Source of the DNA: an uncultured Verrucomicrobiae bacterium
GTDB taxonomy: Bacteria > Verrucomicrobiota > Verrucomicrobiia > Chthoniobacterales > JAFAMB01
Length of the DNA: 64,000 nucleotides
NCBI GenBank assembly: GCA_963762565.1
Contig: CAVXLD010000003.1
Location: 32,001-96,000, forward strand
Direction of reading: 5' to 3'
Positions 28,335-38,246 of this stretch are shown piece after piece. Under the pieces are notes generated by a model. The model worked only from the letters and a program-made list of their open reading frames with translations, was not told where the DNA came from and did no database searches. Every line of letters starts with the position of its first letter. Within the stretch, counting starts at the first letter, position 1. The translations under genes and the position numbers were made by a program.

Positions 28335-29303
28335 TCAGCGGACTGTCAGGTACTGAACGCTGAACAGTCTCGCCGGGTCGGTCCAGAACCTTTTGACGGT
28401 CCATCCCGAACGGGCCGCAAGTTTGGCAAACTCCCGCACGGTGTATTTGTACGAGTATTCAGTGACAATGTGTTCTCCCTGCTCGAAGACAAAGGGTGTC
28501 CCGTTCAACTGTACCGTCTGATCGACCAAGCTGACCAGATGCATCTCGATTCTGCCAAATTCTTTGCTGTAAAACGCATAGTGCTGAAACTGGTCACTGC
28601 GAATCTCAGCATTAAATGAACGATTAATGCGGGTGAGCAGGTTTAGGTTGAATGAGGCTGTAATACCACGCGCGTCATTGTAAGCACGTTCAAGCGTGAG
28701 CCGGTCCTTTTTTAGATCTACGCCGATTAAGAGGCCGCCACCGACGCCGCAGAGGCTCGCAATCCGGCTGAGAAACTTCTCCGCTTCGGTAGGCTCAAGA
28801 TTGCCAATGGTTGAACCCGGAAAAAAAGCGACTGTCCGCTGCATTGCGTATGACGGCTTCGGTAACGTTAGTGCGCCGGTAAAGTCAGCACAGATCGGAG
28901 TTATGCGGAGTTCCGGATAAATGCGTGCAAGTCTGGCGGTTGATTGGAGTAAATGGTCCCGCGCAATATCGATTGGCACGTACGCGCCCGGTTCGTACAG
29001 GTGATCTAACAAAACTCGGGTTTTTGCACTGCTACCACTGCCAAGCTCAATCAAGCGACACTCCGGGCCGAACAGCGTGCAGATCTCGGCGACATTGTCT
29101 CGCAAGATCAGCATCTCAGTGCGGGTAGGGTAGTATTCGTCGAGGCAACAAATCTGATCAAAAAGCTCGCAACCGGTTTTGTCGTAGAAGAATTTTGACG
29201 GTATAGACTTCGGGTTTCGCGACAGGCCAAGAGAAAGCTCGTCGAAGAACCTGTCCGCTGAAGGTTCGAAGTCGTGCAAAGAAGGGGCGCTAAGGATTTT
29301 CAT
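28335..29303 (-). CDS. egtD: L-histidine N-alpha-trimethyltransferase
   Basis: KSIPSKFFYD, YYPTRTE, ELGSGSSAKT, FPGSTIGN, AYND, IVTEYSYKY; next to egtB. Confidence 0.93.
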   Translation of the reverse strand: MKILSAPSLHDFEPSADRFFDELSLGLSRNPKSIPSKFFYDKTGCELFDQICCLDEYYPTRTEMLILRDNVAEICTLFGPECRLIELGSGSSAKTRVLLDHLYEPGAYVPIDIARDHLLQSTARLARIYPELRITPICADFTGALTLPKPSYAMQRTVAFFPGSTIGNLEPTEAEKFLSRIASLCGVGGGLLIGVDLKKDRLTLERAYNDARGITASFNLNLLTRINRSFNAEIRSDQFQHYAFYSKEFGRIEMHLVSLVDQTVQLNGTPFVFEQGEHIVTEYSYKYTVREFAKLAARSGWTVKRFWTDPARLFSVQYLTVR

Positions 29304-29343
29304 CGCGAGAAGAGTTTCTTGAGGTGGCTATTTCGGTTCCAAG

Positions 29344-30723
29344 CTAAGCAACGCTTCTGGCGAGGCGGAGTCCCGTGAACTGCCAGCGTGCATTAGGCGG
29401 GAAAAAGTTACGGTACGTCTTGCGGATGTGTGACTGTGAGGTGGCGCACGACCCGCCCCGTAGGACGTACTGGTTACACATGAATTTGCCGTTGTATTCG
29501 CCAAGGGCGCCGGCCGTGGGAGCGTATCCTGGGTAGGGAGAGTAGGAACTACTTGTCCATTCCCAAACGTCGCCAAACATTTGGGCAAGCGGCTGGCGGG
29601 TGGCCGTCTCATCAAGCGGTTGCGGATGAAAGCGATTGGTTTCCGCAAAGTTTCCCGCATATGGCAAATCCGCCGCCGCTACCTCCCATTCAAATTCACT
29701 TGGCAAACGCGCTTTCGCCCAGCGCGCAAACGCGTCGGCTTCGAAATAGCTCACGTGACAGACTGGTTCGTCCGTATCCAGTTCACGCATACCAGCCAAT
29801 GTGAAAATCCACCAACTCTCGTCGCGTTTCTCCCAATAGAGCGGCGCCTCCCAGCGCTGCTCGTTCACGGTGTACCAGCCGAGCGAAAGCCAGAACTCAG
29901 GTCGCCGATAACCGCCATCCTCGATAAATTCGAGATACTCGCTGTTGGTAACTAGTCGCGGCATGAGCTGGAAAGCCTCCACAAATTGGCGATGACGTGG
30001 ACCTTCGTTATCGAAATGGAACCCAGCGCCTTGATAGCCAACCTCGTGAACTCCCGCCGGAAACGACAGCGGCGACATTGATGCGACTGGAGCGGATTTA
30101 GGCGTGCCGGAAAGTTCACGAAAAACCGGCCGGAGCGGGTTTTCGGAAAACACATGCTTGATATCCGTTAATATCAGCTCCTGATGTTGCTGTTCATGTT
30201 GAACACCCAGCCTGATAACCGGCGCGAATTTTTCTAAGACAGCTGGCTTTTCAAACACCGCCTCCATAAGGTCGTCAACCCGGCGACGATACTCCAGTGT
30301 CTCGCCCAAAGTCGGCCGGGAAATGAGACCACGTTTTGGCCGGCAGTGCATTTTGCCGGCTGAATTATAGTAAGAGTTGAACAGGTAGGCGTATTGCGCG
30401 TCCGGATTGTAATTCGGTAAAGCTGCTTTAAGAACGAAGGTTTCAAAGAACCAGCTCGTGTGCGCAAGGTGCCACTTTACCGGGCTCGCCTCAGGCATGG
30501 TTTGAACAACGCAATCCTCGGGCTCAAGGGTCTCGCGCAATTTTTCGCTGAACTCGCGGGTAAATCGGTACCGATCTCGGAGATCTTCTGTTCGGCCCAT
30601 TTCAGAGCCCGGCGTGGTAGCGACTCCAGTCCCGTTCGATGTTCCTGCCGGCGAGCGGAATTGGCTAGTCGTTTCAGGGTTGCTCGGTGGATCATCAGAT
30701 CGAACTATGTCTTGAAGCGGCAT
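29344..30723 (-). CDS. egtB: Ergothioneine sulfoxide synthase (type II-like); start uncertain
   Basis: [28 protein letters not shown] iron ligands, FGE-like domain [19 protein letters not shown]. Confidence 0.93.
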   Translation of the reverse strand: MPLQDIVRSDDPPSNPETTSQFRSPAGTSNGTGVATTPGSEMGRTEDLRDRYRFTREFSEKLRETLEPEDCVVQTMPEASPVKWHLAHTSWFFETFVLKAALPNYNPDAQYAYLFNSYYNSAGKMHCRPKRGLISRPTLGETLEYRRRVDDLMEAVFEKPAVLEKFAPVIRLGVQHEQQHQELILTDIKHVFSENPLRPVFRELSGTPKSAPVASMSPLSFPAGVHEVGYQGAGFHFDNEGPRHRQFVEAFQLMPRLVTNSEYLEFIEDGGYRRPEFWLSLGWYTVNEQRWEAPLYWEKRDESWWIFTLAGMRELDTDEPVCHVSYFEADAFARWAKARLPSEFEWEVAAADLPYAGNFAETNRFHPQPLDETATRQPLAQMFGDVWEWTSSSYSPYPGYAPTAGALGEYNGKFMCNQYVLRGGSCATSQSHIRKTYRNFFPPNARWQFTGLRLARSVA

Positions 30724-30938
30724 TTAATACCTCCATGCTTTAGGTTGGTTAACTGGGTTGTTTACGTTTCCGTCTGGCTGCTCCCTGCTAATCACTTTCT
30801 GTGCCAATCCTTCTTAGGCTTCAAAAATGACGGATAACGAGCGATGGCATCCTTTAAACCACGCCAGCGTGACACGCCAGCGTGAAGGACGAAATTCAGT
30901 CCGTCCGATTTTCCGTCCTAAGCAGACTGTTGAAAAAC

Positions 30939-31097
30939 GGCTCCGGAGGAGCCGGATCTTTATAGCTCAGGGCCCAACAAAAAAGGGGACCAGCTCCGTA
31001 GGAGCGAAATCTCATGGTACCATCTCAGATGCCGCTCCTGGCGGAGCTCTTCGCTTTTAGGTTGCCCTAACTATAAAGATTTTACTCCTACGGAGCA
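30939..31097. repeat. REPIN-like element (family D, GCTCCGTAGGAGC palindromes)
   Basis: ggctccggaggagcc..tttatag..gctccgtaggagc mirrored by gctcctggcggagc..ctataaagat..ctcctacggagc. Confidence 0.75.
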
Positions 31098-31229
31098 GTT
31101 CAGCGAGTCGCTGAGTGGTGGCAAGCTAAATGCTTAGGCGGTTCTCACCAATCACCAGGTTTAACAAATAACAGCCTTGTTGTGGTCAACAGATAACTGC
31201 CGTGGGTGAATCAAAGAAAGATCAATCTA

Positions 31230-31403
31230 ATGGCTAAGTCATGTGAACACTTGCAGTATTTAACGGCGGCGGATTTTCCGCCGCTAAAGACGCCTGTATC
31301 TTGCAAGGAATGCCTCGCTGAGGGGACGCACTTTGTGGCGTTGAGGGAATGCCGTCTCGCGACCGAAGGTTCCGACGCAGTGAAGGAGACTTATGGCAGC
31401 TAA
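31230..31403 (+). pseudogene. Truncated UBP-type zinc finger protein (5' stub)
   Basis: CEHL..CKECLAEGTHFVALRECR stops before the expected CGHVGCCD. Confidence 0.6.
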
Positions 31404-32829
31404 AGAGTATGACGTGATCGTCATTGGAGCTGGGTCGACCGGAGAGAATGTAGCAGACCGGGCAGTCAAAGGAGGCTTGCGGGCTGTCATTGTCGAGGCT
31501 GATCTCGTCGGGGGCGAATGTTCCTATTGGGCGTGCGTACCAAGTAAAGCGCTGCTGCGACCGCTCCAAGCCGTGACTGCCGCACAAAGCGTTGCTGGAG
31601 CCCGGGAGGCGATCACCGGGAGTTTGGACGTAGCCCAAATATTCGCTAGACGTGACTCCTTAACTGCTCACTGGAATGACAAAGGTCAGAGCGATTGGCT
31701 GCGCAACGCCAAGATCGATCTTGTCCGAGGACACGCTCGTCTAGACGGCGAGCGCAAGGTGATAGTAACTGAAAAGAATGGCTCCACCATCGAGTTAATT
31801 GCGCGCCATGCGGTCGCTGTCTGCACGGGAAGTGGCGCGGCAATTCCTGCGACTCCCGGATTGGCCGAAGCTAGGCCGTGGACAAGTCGGGAGGCAACCA
31901 GCGCCAGAGAAGCACCCAACCGGCTGGCGATCATTGGGGGCGGTGTGGTCGCATGCGAGATGGGGACAGCTTGGTCGCGTCTCGGGACTCAGGAGGTCAC
32001 GATCATCGAGCGCGGACCGCGGCTCATTCCAAACTCTGAACCGTTTGCCAGCGCTATCCTGCAGAGCGCCTTTGAGCGACGGGGCGTAACGGTTTTGACC
32101 GGAACAACCGTTCTTCGCGTTGAAGGGAATGTAGATGGGGATGTGGAGCTCTCCTTGGATAGTGGCAAAACCATTGTCGCCGATGAGATACTTGTGGCTA
32201 CGGGACGCCGGCCGAAGACTGACAATCTCGGGCTTGAGACGGTGGGCCTTGAACCTGGCTCGTGGCTAGAGGTGGATGATAGCATGCGCGTTCAGGCAGT
32301 CGCTGGAGGTTGGTTGTACGCTGCCGGAGACGTCAACCATCGCGCATTGCTCACCCACATGGGAAAATATCAGGCTCGGATCTGTGGCGACGCGATTGTG
32401 GCGCGCGCTGCGGGCAAGCTGAATGATTCTAACCCCGCGCCCTGGTCACGCCACGCGGCGACTGCCGACACCGTAGCTGTGCCCCAAGTCATCTTCACTG
32501 AACCGGAGGTTACCATTGTCGGACTAACCGAACAGCAAGCACGAGCTCGCGGCATGACCGTGCGTGCCGTCGACTACGAGATCGGCCGGGTCACCGGCGC
32601 GTCGCTTTACGCCGATGCCTACACCGGTCAGGCACGAATGGTTGTAGACACGGACCGCAACGTGATCGTTGGCATGACGTTAGTAGGGCCATCGGTGGCT
32701 GAACTGCTCCACGCGGCAACCATCGCGATTGTCGGAGCCGTCCCCCTTGATCGACTTTGGCATGCCGTGCCAGCTTATCCCACGATTAGTGAGATTTGGC
32801 TGCGGTTGCTGGAGACGTTTGGACTGTGA
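31393..32829 (+). CDS. Pyridine nucleotide-disulfide oxidoreductase (dihydrolipoamide dehydrogenase-like)
   Basis: GAGSTG, GGECSYWACVPSK, GGGVVA, ATGRRP, YAAGD, dimerization domain. Confidence 0.88.
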   Translation: MAAKEYDVIVIGAGSTGENVADRAVKGGLRAVIVEADLVGGECSYWACVPSKALLRPLQAVTAAQSVAGAREAITGSLDVAQIFARRDSLTAHWNDKGQSDWLRNAKIDLVRGHARLDGERKVIVTEKNGSTIELIARHAVAVCTGSGAAIPATPGLAEARPWTSREATSAREAPNRLAIIGGGVVACEMGTAWSRLGTQEVTIIERGPRLIPNSEPFASAILQSAFERRGVTVLTGTTVLRVEGNVDGDVELSLDSGKTIVADEILVATGRRPKTDNLGLETVGLEPGSWLEVDDSMRVQAVAGGWLYAAGDVNHRALLTHMGKYQARICGDAIVARAAGKLNDSNPAPWSRHAATADTVAVPQVIFTEPEVTIVGLTEQQARARGMTVRAVDYEIGRVTGASLYADAYTGQARMVVDTDRNVIVGMTLVGPSVAELLHAATIAIVGAVPLDRLWHAVPAYPTISEIWLRLLETFGL

Positions 32830-32855
32830 GCAATGCTCTCGACACCTTACCAGGA

Positions 32856-33045
32856 CTTCGTTCTCGTCCTCGTCGTCGTCCTTCCGACTTCGCCAACGTC
32901 CGGTTGTGGAGCGCGCCTCGCTTGCGAGGCCGACTTCGAGCGGTCGGCAACATAGAGCCCGGGCTACGGCGGACAGGCTGTCCTCGAATCCTGGCGAACG
33001 GAGTATTGGAGTAATGGAGTGTCGGAGTAATGCGCCAAGTCTGAA
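32856..33045. repeat. Family A repeat with inner module
   Basis: cttcgttctcgtcctcgtcgtcgtccttccgacttcgcc..gcctcgcttgcgaggc..ggacaggctgtcctcgaatcc. Confidence 0.85.
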
Positions 33046-33174
33046 TCGTGCCCGCTCTGATGATTGAAATGGGGACAGGTCATCTGCTCATGGAAAATTG
33101 ATGCGAAGAATACTTCAAGAGATCGACCTCTTTTATCAAAAGTTAGACAAGAAAGGATAGTCACTAAGCTCGTC

Positions 33175-34197
33175 ATGAATACGAAAATGAAAGTCGCTCA
33201 GATTGGCAAGCCAGGCGGGGATTTTGAGTTGGTGGAACGCGATATTCCCGAACCGGGTCCGGGCCAGGTGCGCGTAAAGGTAGAGGCTTGTGGGGTCTGC
33301 CACAGCGATATCTTTGTAAAAGAAGGACAGTGGCCCGGCCTGCAATATCCACGTGTCCCGGGCCACGAAATCGCCGGCCAGCTTGACGCTCTTGGACAGG
33401 GAGTCTCGACCTGGAAAATAGGCGATCGAGTGGGCGTCGGCTGGCACGGTGGCCATGATTTCGTATGCGATGAATGTCGACGCGGAGATTTCGCGATGTG
33501 CGTTAATCGAAAGGTGACAGGTATCGACTACGACGGGGGTTACGCCGAATACGTCGTCGTACCCGCAGAAACACTCGCAACGATTCCCGACCAATTACCG
33601 GCGGAAGAAGCCGGACCATTCATGTGCGCGGGTGTGACGGTCTTCAACGCTCTGCGCAACTCGGGCGCACGTCCCGGTGACGTCGTCGCGGTGCAAGGAA
33701 TCGGCGGTCTCGGGCATCTCGGTGTGCAGTACGCCCGCAAAATGGGATTTAAAACCGTTGCGCTCGGACGTGGCAAAGACATAGAACCGCTTGCGATAAA
33801 GCTCGGCGCACATCATTACATCGATTCGTCTGCCGTCGATACGGTGGCTGAACTGCAGAAGCTTGGCGGCGCGCGAGTGATTTTGGGAACGGCGCCAAGC
33901 GCGAAGGCAATCTCTGACGTAGTCGGTGGACTGGGTATAAATGGCAATCTCCTAATTCCGGCCGCGCCCAACGATCCGCTCACCGTTGGCATGTTTCCGT
34001 TGATAATGGGCCGCCGGCAAATCGCGGGCTGGTATGCCGGCACCGCCCGCGACTCTCAGGACACATTGGAATTCAGCGCACTGAGCGACGTACATCCCAT
34101 GATCGAGAAATTCCCTTTTAGCCGCGTGGCCGACGCTTACGAACACATGAAAGGCGGTAAGGTGCGCTTTCGCGCTGTTCTTATGATGGAGAGCTGA
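33175..34197 (+). CDS. Zinc-dependent alcohol dehydrogenase
   Basis: CGVCHSD, PGHE, CAGVTVF, GIGGLGH. Confidence 0.92.
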   Translation: MNTKMKVAQIGKPGGDFELVERDIPEPGPGQVRVKVEACGVCHSDIFVKEGQWPGLQYPRVPGHEIAGQLDALGQGVSTWKIGDRVGVGWHGGHDFVCDECRRGDFAMCVNRKVTGIDYDGGYAEYVVVPAETLATIPDQLPAEEAGPFMCAGVTVFNALRNSGARPGDVVAVQGIGGLGHLGVQYARKMGFKTVALGRGKDIEPLAIKLGAHHYIDSSAVDTVAELQKLGGARVILGTAPSAKAISDVVGGLGINGNLLIPAAPNDPLTVGMFPLIMGRRQIAGWYAGTARDSQDTLEFSALSDVHPMIEKFPFSRVADAYEHMKGGKVRFRAVLMMES

Positions 34198-34249
34198 GCC
34201 CAGGCAATCCGGCGCCTCGAGGAGCGGTTTTTCAGTTCGACAAGAAAGT

Positions 34250-34370
34250 TAACAAAACCTTGCCCAAGTGCTGCTCGCATGGGCGGTGCAAGGCGGCACG
34301 GCCCTTCTAACCACATCCAAAACTCCCAGTCGCATCAAGGAGAACTTTGATATCTCCGCGCTCCTGAAGC
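34250..34370 (+). pseudogene. 3' fragment of a third aldo/keto reductase copy
   Basis: cccaagtgctgctcgcatgggcg..cgcatcaaggagaactttgatatctcc matches ~21825-21921. Confidence 0.8.
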
Positions 34371-34572
34371 CATCGAAGAAGTAATCAAGGCGGCAAAGCA
34401 GAGCATCGCTAGCTTGCCGGCTGAAGAACTCGAAAAACTGTAGTCAATAGGCCATTCGCAAAGAACGCCAGCCAAGGATCGATCGACTCTTACTAACTAG
34501 AGCAATTTGTTATGAAGGAATTGCTCATTTAGCCGGGAAGTAAGCACCCAATCGGGACTGAGGCCGAGGCCA

Positions 34573-35406
34573 TCAAGTTGGGCAGTTAGAAATCGGTCTG
34601 TCAACGTACGGTGGCGGCTGAGATCCGGAATTCACTAATTCATTGGAAATCTGCATTTCGGTTAGAATCGCGTTGCCAAAAATCGTCGCAAACGACGTGT
34701 CTGCCGCGTCCCTCCCTTGCCCGATCCTGATAAAGCTCGACTGGGGCGACAGTCGAGTCGGATCCGCGAGAATCCAACGTCCGCCGAGAAACGCCTCAAA
34801 ATGAGCATGAAAGTCCGGCGGATTAAGTCCATACGCGTAAGCACTCACAAAACGCGCCGGGATTCCAAGCGCGCGACAAAGGGCGATTCCTAGATGGGCG
34901 AAGTCACGGCACACCCCCGCTCTTTGGGTGGCAGTATCAAAAGCGGACGTACTCGAGTTGGTCGTACCCTGCAGATATTCGACGTACTCATAGATCCAGT
35001 TGCAGATTCGGGTTAGTCGCTCAAAACCGGACTCGATGTTGGTAAACTCGCGCGTCGCGAAACGAGCGAGCAGGTCCGATTGGCAGAACCGACTCGGGTA
35101 CAGAAATAGGAGCGCTTCTAAGGGAAGTTCGTGCAACGGAGCGACATCCAGCCCTTTGTCTTCCAGCAATTCAGGTTCGATGGAAACCACCGCATTGTAA
35201 GCGAGTTCGAGGCGACCGTTCGTTACAGCGACGCGATGCAAGCGCTGCTCGCCGTTCAGTAGCTCCTTTGGTGCTCCCGTCCCTGTTACCCGGAGATCCT
35301 CTGTGATGACCCTTTGGAACGAATTGCGGACCGCCGTCACATTGAAAAGAAACGAGGCCGCACCGATAACCTGGTAGCCCAGACGGCAGGCAATTTGAAA
35401 TTCCAT
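34573..35406 (-). CDS. Transglutaminase-like family protein
   Basis: YPSRFCQSD, GVCRDFAH, DFHA, ADPT catalytic triad pattern. Confidence 0.88.
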   Translation of the reverse strand: MEFQIACRLGYQVIGAASFLFNVTAVRNSFQRVITEDLRVTGTGAPKELLNGEQRLHRVAVTNGRLELAYNAVVSIEPELLEDKGLDVAPLHELPLEALLFLYPSRFCQSDLLARFATREFTNIESGFERLTRICNWIYEYVEYLQGTTNSSTSAFDTATQRAGVCRDFAHLGIALCRALGIPARFVSAYAYGLNPPDFHAHFEAFLGGRWILADPTRLSPQSSFIRIGQGRDAADTSFATIFGNAILTEMQISNELVNSGSQPPPYVDRPISNCPT

Positions 35407-35543
35407 GATTTACTAAGATTGAGAGCTCTCCTTTTGGGGAGGTAGTGACCTCGGCGCGTAGGACCCGCGTAAAGGTGCTTCTGTCAGGGTAAGGCTAGGC
35501 CGAGTCTCGATCGGCGGCTTCACCCTCTTTCTTTTCGTGACCC

Positions 35544-35712
35544 ATGGCGGTATCCCCTGAGGACCGCACTATCAACCCGGACTTGGAGCGAATCATGGGC
35601 CAAGCGCATGAACGCGCAGACCATTGAGATCAAGGCTGGCCATCTCTCACTGATCTCGCACCCACGCGAGGTCGCTGATCTCATTCTCAAGGCCGGCGAA
35701 TCTGGAAGATAA
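35544..35712 (+). pseudogene. 3' fragment of an alpha/beta hydrolase, frameshifted
   Basis: AVSPEDRTINPDLERIM, then AKRMNAQTIEIKAGHLSLISHPREVADLIL in another frame. Confidence 0.7.
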
Positions 35713-35725
35713 AAATAGAAGCTCC

Positions 35726-36619
35726 CTAAGTCGATCTCTGGTCGCGCCCTCTGTAGGATAACTCCTTCTCCGCTCTCAGCCAGTCATCGCGTTCGTCGCC
35801 CGGCGTCTCACCCCGCTCTAAATAAAGTTCAAAGGCTCGACGCGCGATTTGTTCATGCGTAGGCGCTGGAGCATTCGCGTCGCCCGGGTCGATTCCTATG
35901 TTTTCCTCGACGGTAGATCCCTCAATGGCGAGGGGTCTGGGCGTGTCTGCAATGACGGTGCCATGCTCTTCTATCGGGCGAGTTTCATCTCCTTCCCCAG
36001 CAATCGGGGCGCCGCCGGTTTTCCCCATCCCCGATGCTATCGCTTCCGTAATGATGGCTGCCGGCGGTATCTCTCGGTCTTGAAATGAGGGCTTCTGCTC
36101 AGCCGGTTGTTCGACACTTGAGGTGTGCGCCCCTACCAGGTTCGGTTCGGTCGAGCCGGGGGTCTCGAATGCCTCAATCGGGCCCCTCCTCGTGCCGGTC
36201 TCGCTTCCTCCGTTTTCCATGAATTCTCGGAATCGGTTAAGGTCACTCTCAACTTCGCTAAAAGGAATGCCCAGCACATCCGCAGCCTTCTCGACAAATC
36301 CCTCCGGCTCATATTCCATCGTCAACGTGACCCGGGTTCGCGAAACCTCTAGCGCCTCAAAAGTGACCGCGCCCCTATTTGGCGTTCCGCCTACACTTTG
36401 CCATGCGATTCTTTCGTTGGGAACCTGCTCAGAAATTTCTGCTTCCCATTGCTTTTCTATGCCGCCAATCTTCGCTTTCCAAAAGAGCTGATTTGGTCGC
36501 ACTTCCCTGACTTCGTCTACACCCTCCATGAAGCGGGGGAACTCTTCAAAGTGGGTCCATTGATCATAGACCCTTTGTAGCGGTGCGTTTACTTCTATCG
36601 AGTGCGTGATTGTTCCCAT
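35726..36619 (-). CDS. SRPBCC (polyketide cyclase-like) protein with C-terminal DUF2934-like domain
   Basis: VYDQWTHFEEFPRFMEGV..DLNRFREFME; acidic linker; EQIARRAFELYLERG..DDWLRAEKEL. Confidence 0.8.
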   Translation of the reverse strand: MGTITHSIEVNAPLQRVYDQWTHFEEFPRFMEGVDEVREVRPNQLFWKAKIGGIEKQWEAEISEQVPNERIAWQSVGGTPNRGAVTFEALEVSRTRVTLTMEYEPEGFVEKAADVLGIPFSEVESDLNRFREFMENGGSETGTRRGPIEAFETPGSTEPNLVGAHTSSVEQPAEQKPSFQDREIPPAAIITEAIASGMGKTGGAPIAGEGDETRPIEEHGTVIADTPRPLAIEGSTVEENIGIDPGDANAPAPTHEQIARRAFELYLERGETPGDERDDWLRAEKELSYRGRDQRST

Positions 36620-36903
36620 AATTTTTAAGAGTTTGCAACTTTTGCTGTGATTATGATTCGTGCACAGCCTCAGCGATGGTCTGGCTTCTAAGGCATTCTT
36701 TTGCCAACTTGGTCCCGGCGCTCACTAAGTTTTGGGACCAGCTGTTTCAACCGGAGAAGCGAATCCTAACGTGCAGGGACCCGATTTAACCTAACAGCTC
36801 GAGCGAAGCGTCGCTGCCCTGGGACGTAGTTTAAGTCCGCCGCTTCGGGGAGAAGCGAAAAGGTTAGAGGCGAAAGCGAAACATTGATGATGGGGAAAAT
36901 CGG

Positions 36904-38118
36904 ATGGACCGGATGGAAACTCGGCAATCGAATCAGTCCGACTTCAAACGCAGTGAGCCGGCCGACAAGGAAACGAAGGCGGGTTTCGGGGCTGACGGAG
37001 ATCAGGATCACCAGGAGAAAAGCCCAAAATCGCGACGCGAAACGCGACGAATGTCGATCAAGTGGATTATCCTCGCTGTCCTTGTTCTGCTGGTCGCCAG
37101 TTATTTTGGGAATCGCTATTGGCAGTATGCGAGCACCCACGAATCCGCTGAGGACGCTTACACGACCAATCACATCCATCAGGTCAGCCCCAGGATCAAT
37201 GGCACCGTGCAGCGTGTCCTGGTTGACGACAATGTTCGAGTCAAGGCGGGACAGATTCTGGTCGAACTGGACCCGCGCGATTATGAGGTTAGCCTGAGAC
37301 AAGCTGAAGCAAATCTCAATTCGGCGGAGGCGGCCGTTGCGCAAGGGGAAGCTCAGCTACAGGTAGCGAAGGCAAACGTAGGTCAGACCCAAGGCAGTCT
37401 TGCAAGCGCACAAGCTAACGCCGACAACGCGAATGCCGACCAGAACCGGAATGCCGAACTACTGAAAAACCATGTGATTTCACCTCAGGATATGGATCAT
37501 GCGAATCAGGCCGCCCGCACCAGCAACGCCTCTTTAGATGCCGCAAAAAAGCAAGTCACTGGAGCGGAGGCACAGGTTGCCTTGGCCGACGCTCAGATCA
37601 AGGCTGCGCGCGCTCAGGTCCGGCAGGCGCAGGAAGAGGTCAATCAGGCATCACTTAATCTCTCCTATACAAAAATCGTGTCACCGACTAACGGTCGCGT
37701 CGCACAACGTACGGTCGAGAGCGGCAATCGAGTCCAACCGGGACAGGCTCTCATGGCCATCTCGGAATCTGATGTCTGGGTGGTCGCAAATCTCAAAGAA
37801 ACTCAAATGGAAAAAGTCCGCGTGGGCCAGCCGGTTGCGATTAGAATCGATGCCTTCCCGCACCAAGAATTCAGGGGTTGGGTGGATAGCGTCCAACCAG
37901 GAAGTGGAGCGACCTATGCTCTGCTGCCGCCGGACAATGCTACAGGAAACTTCATTAAAATTGTGCAGCGCGTTCCGGTGAAGATTGTCTTTGATCCAGC
38001 CAGCTTGGGTGAGTTTTCCGGGAGCATTGTTCCGGGACTATCTTGCGAGCCCTCCATCGCGTTGACGGAGCCGTCCCGCCCAATGCCCGAGGAAAAGCAG
38101 CCAGACATGAATCACTGA
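36904..38118 (+). CDS. EmrA-like membrane fusion protein
   Basis: TM anchor, VSPRING, ANLKETQ, LLPPDNATGNFIKIVQRVPVKI. Confidence 0.9.
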   Translation: MDRMETRQSNQSDFKRSEPADKETKAGFGADGDQDHQEKSPKSRRETRRMSIKWIILAVLVLLVASYFGNRYWQYASTHESAEDAYTTNHIHQVSPRINGTVQRVLVDDNVRVKAGQILVELDPRDYEVSLRQAEANLNSAEAAVAQGEAQLQVAKANVGQTQGSLASAQANADNANADQNRNAELLKNHVISPQDMDHANQAARTSNASLDAAKKQVTGAEAQVALADAQIKAARAQVRQAQEEVNQASLNLSYTKIVSPTNGRVAQRTVESGNRVQPGQALMAISESDVWVVANLKETQMEKVRVGQPVAIRIDAFPHQEFRGWVDSVQPGSGATYALLPPDNATGNFIKIVQRVPVKIVFDPASLGEFSGSIVPGLSCEPSIALTEPSRPMPEEKQPDMNH

Positions 38119-38246
38119 ATGCACCATGGTCGGCACCAAGGAGAAATTTGGCTGGTAAACCTGGACAGCGATTTTCGGTCCAAGCCAGGGGCTATTGATC
38201 GCGTTTGTGTCGGATCTTCTGTACCGAATTAACTCGCAAAATTGCC

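Noticed and set aside
29344..30723. Selenoneine (senA) cluster
   Set aside because: No SenB glycosyltransferase or selenophosphate synthetase nearby; egtD adjacency fits ergothioneine
31393..32829. Mercuric reductase merA
   Set aside because: No C-terminal Cys pair, no metal-binding N-domain, no mer genes
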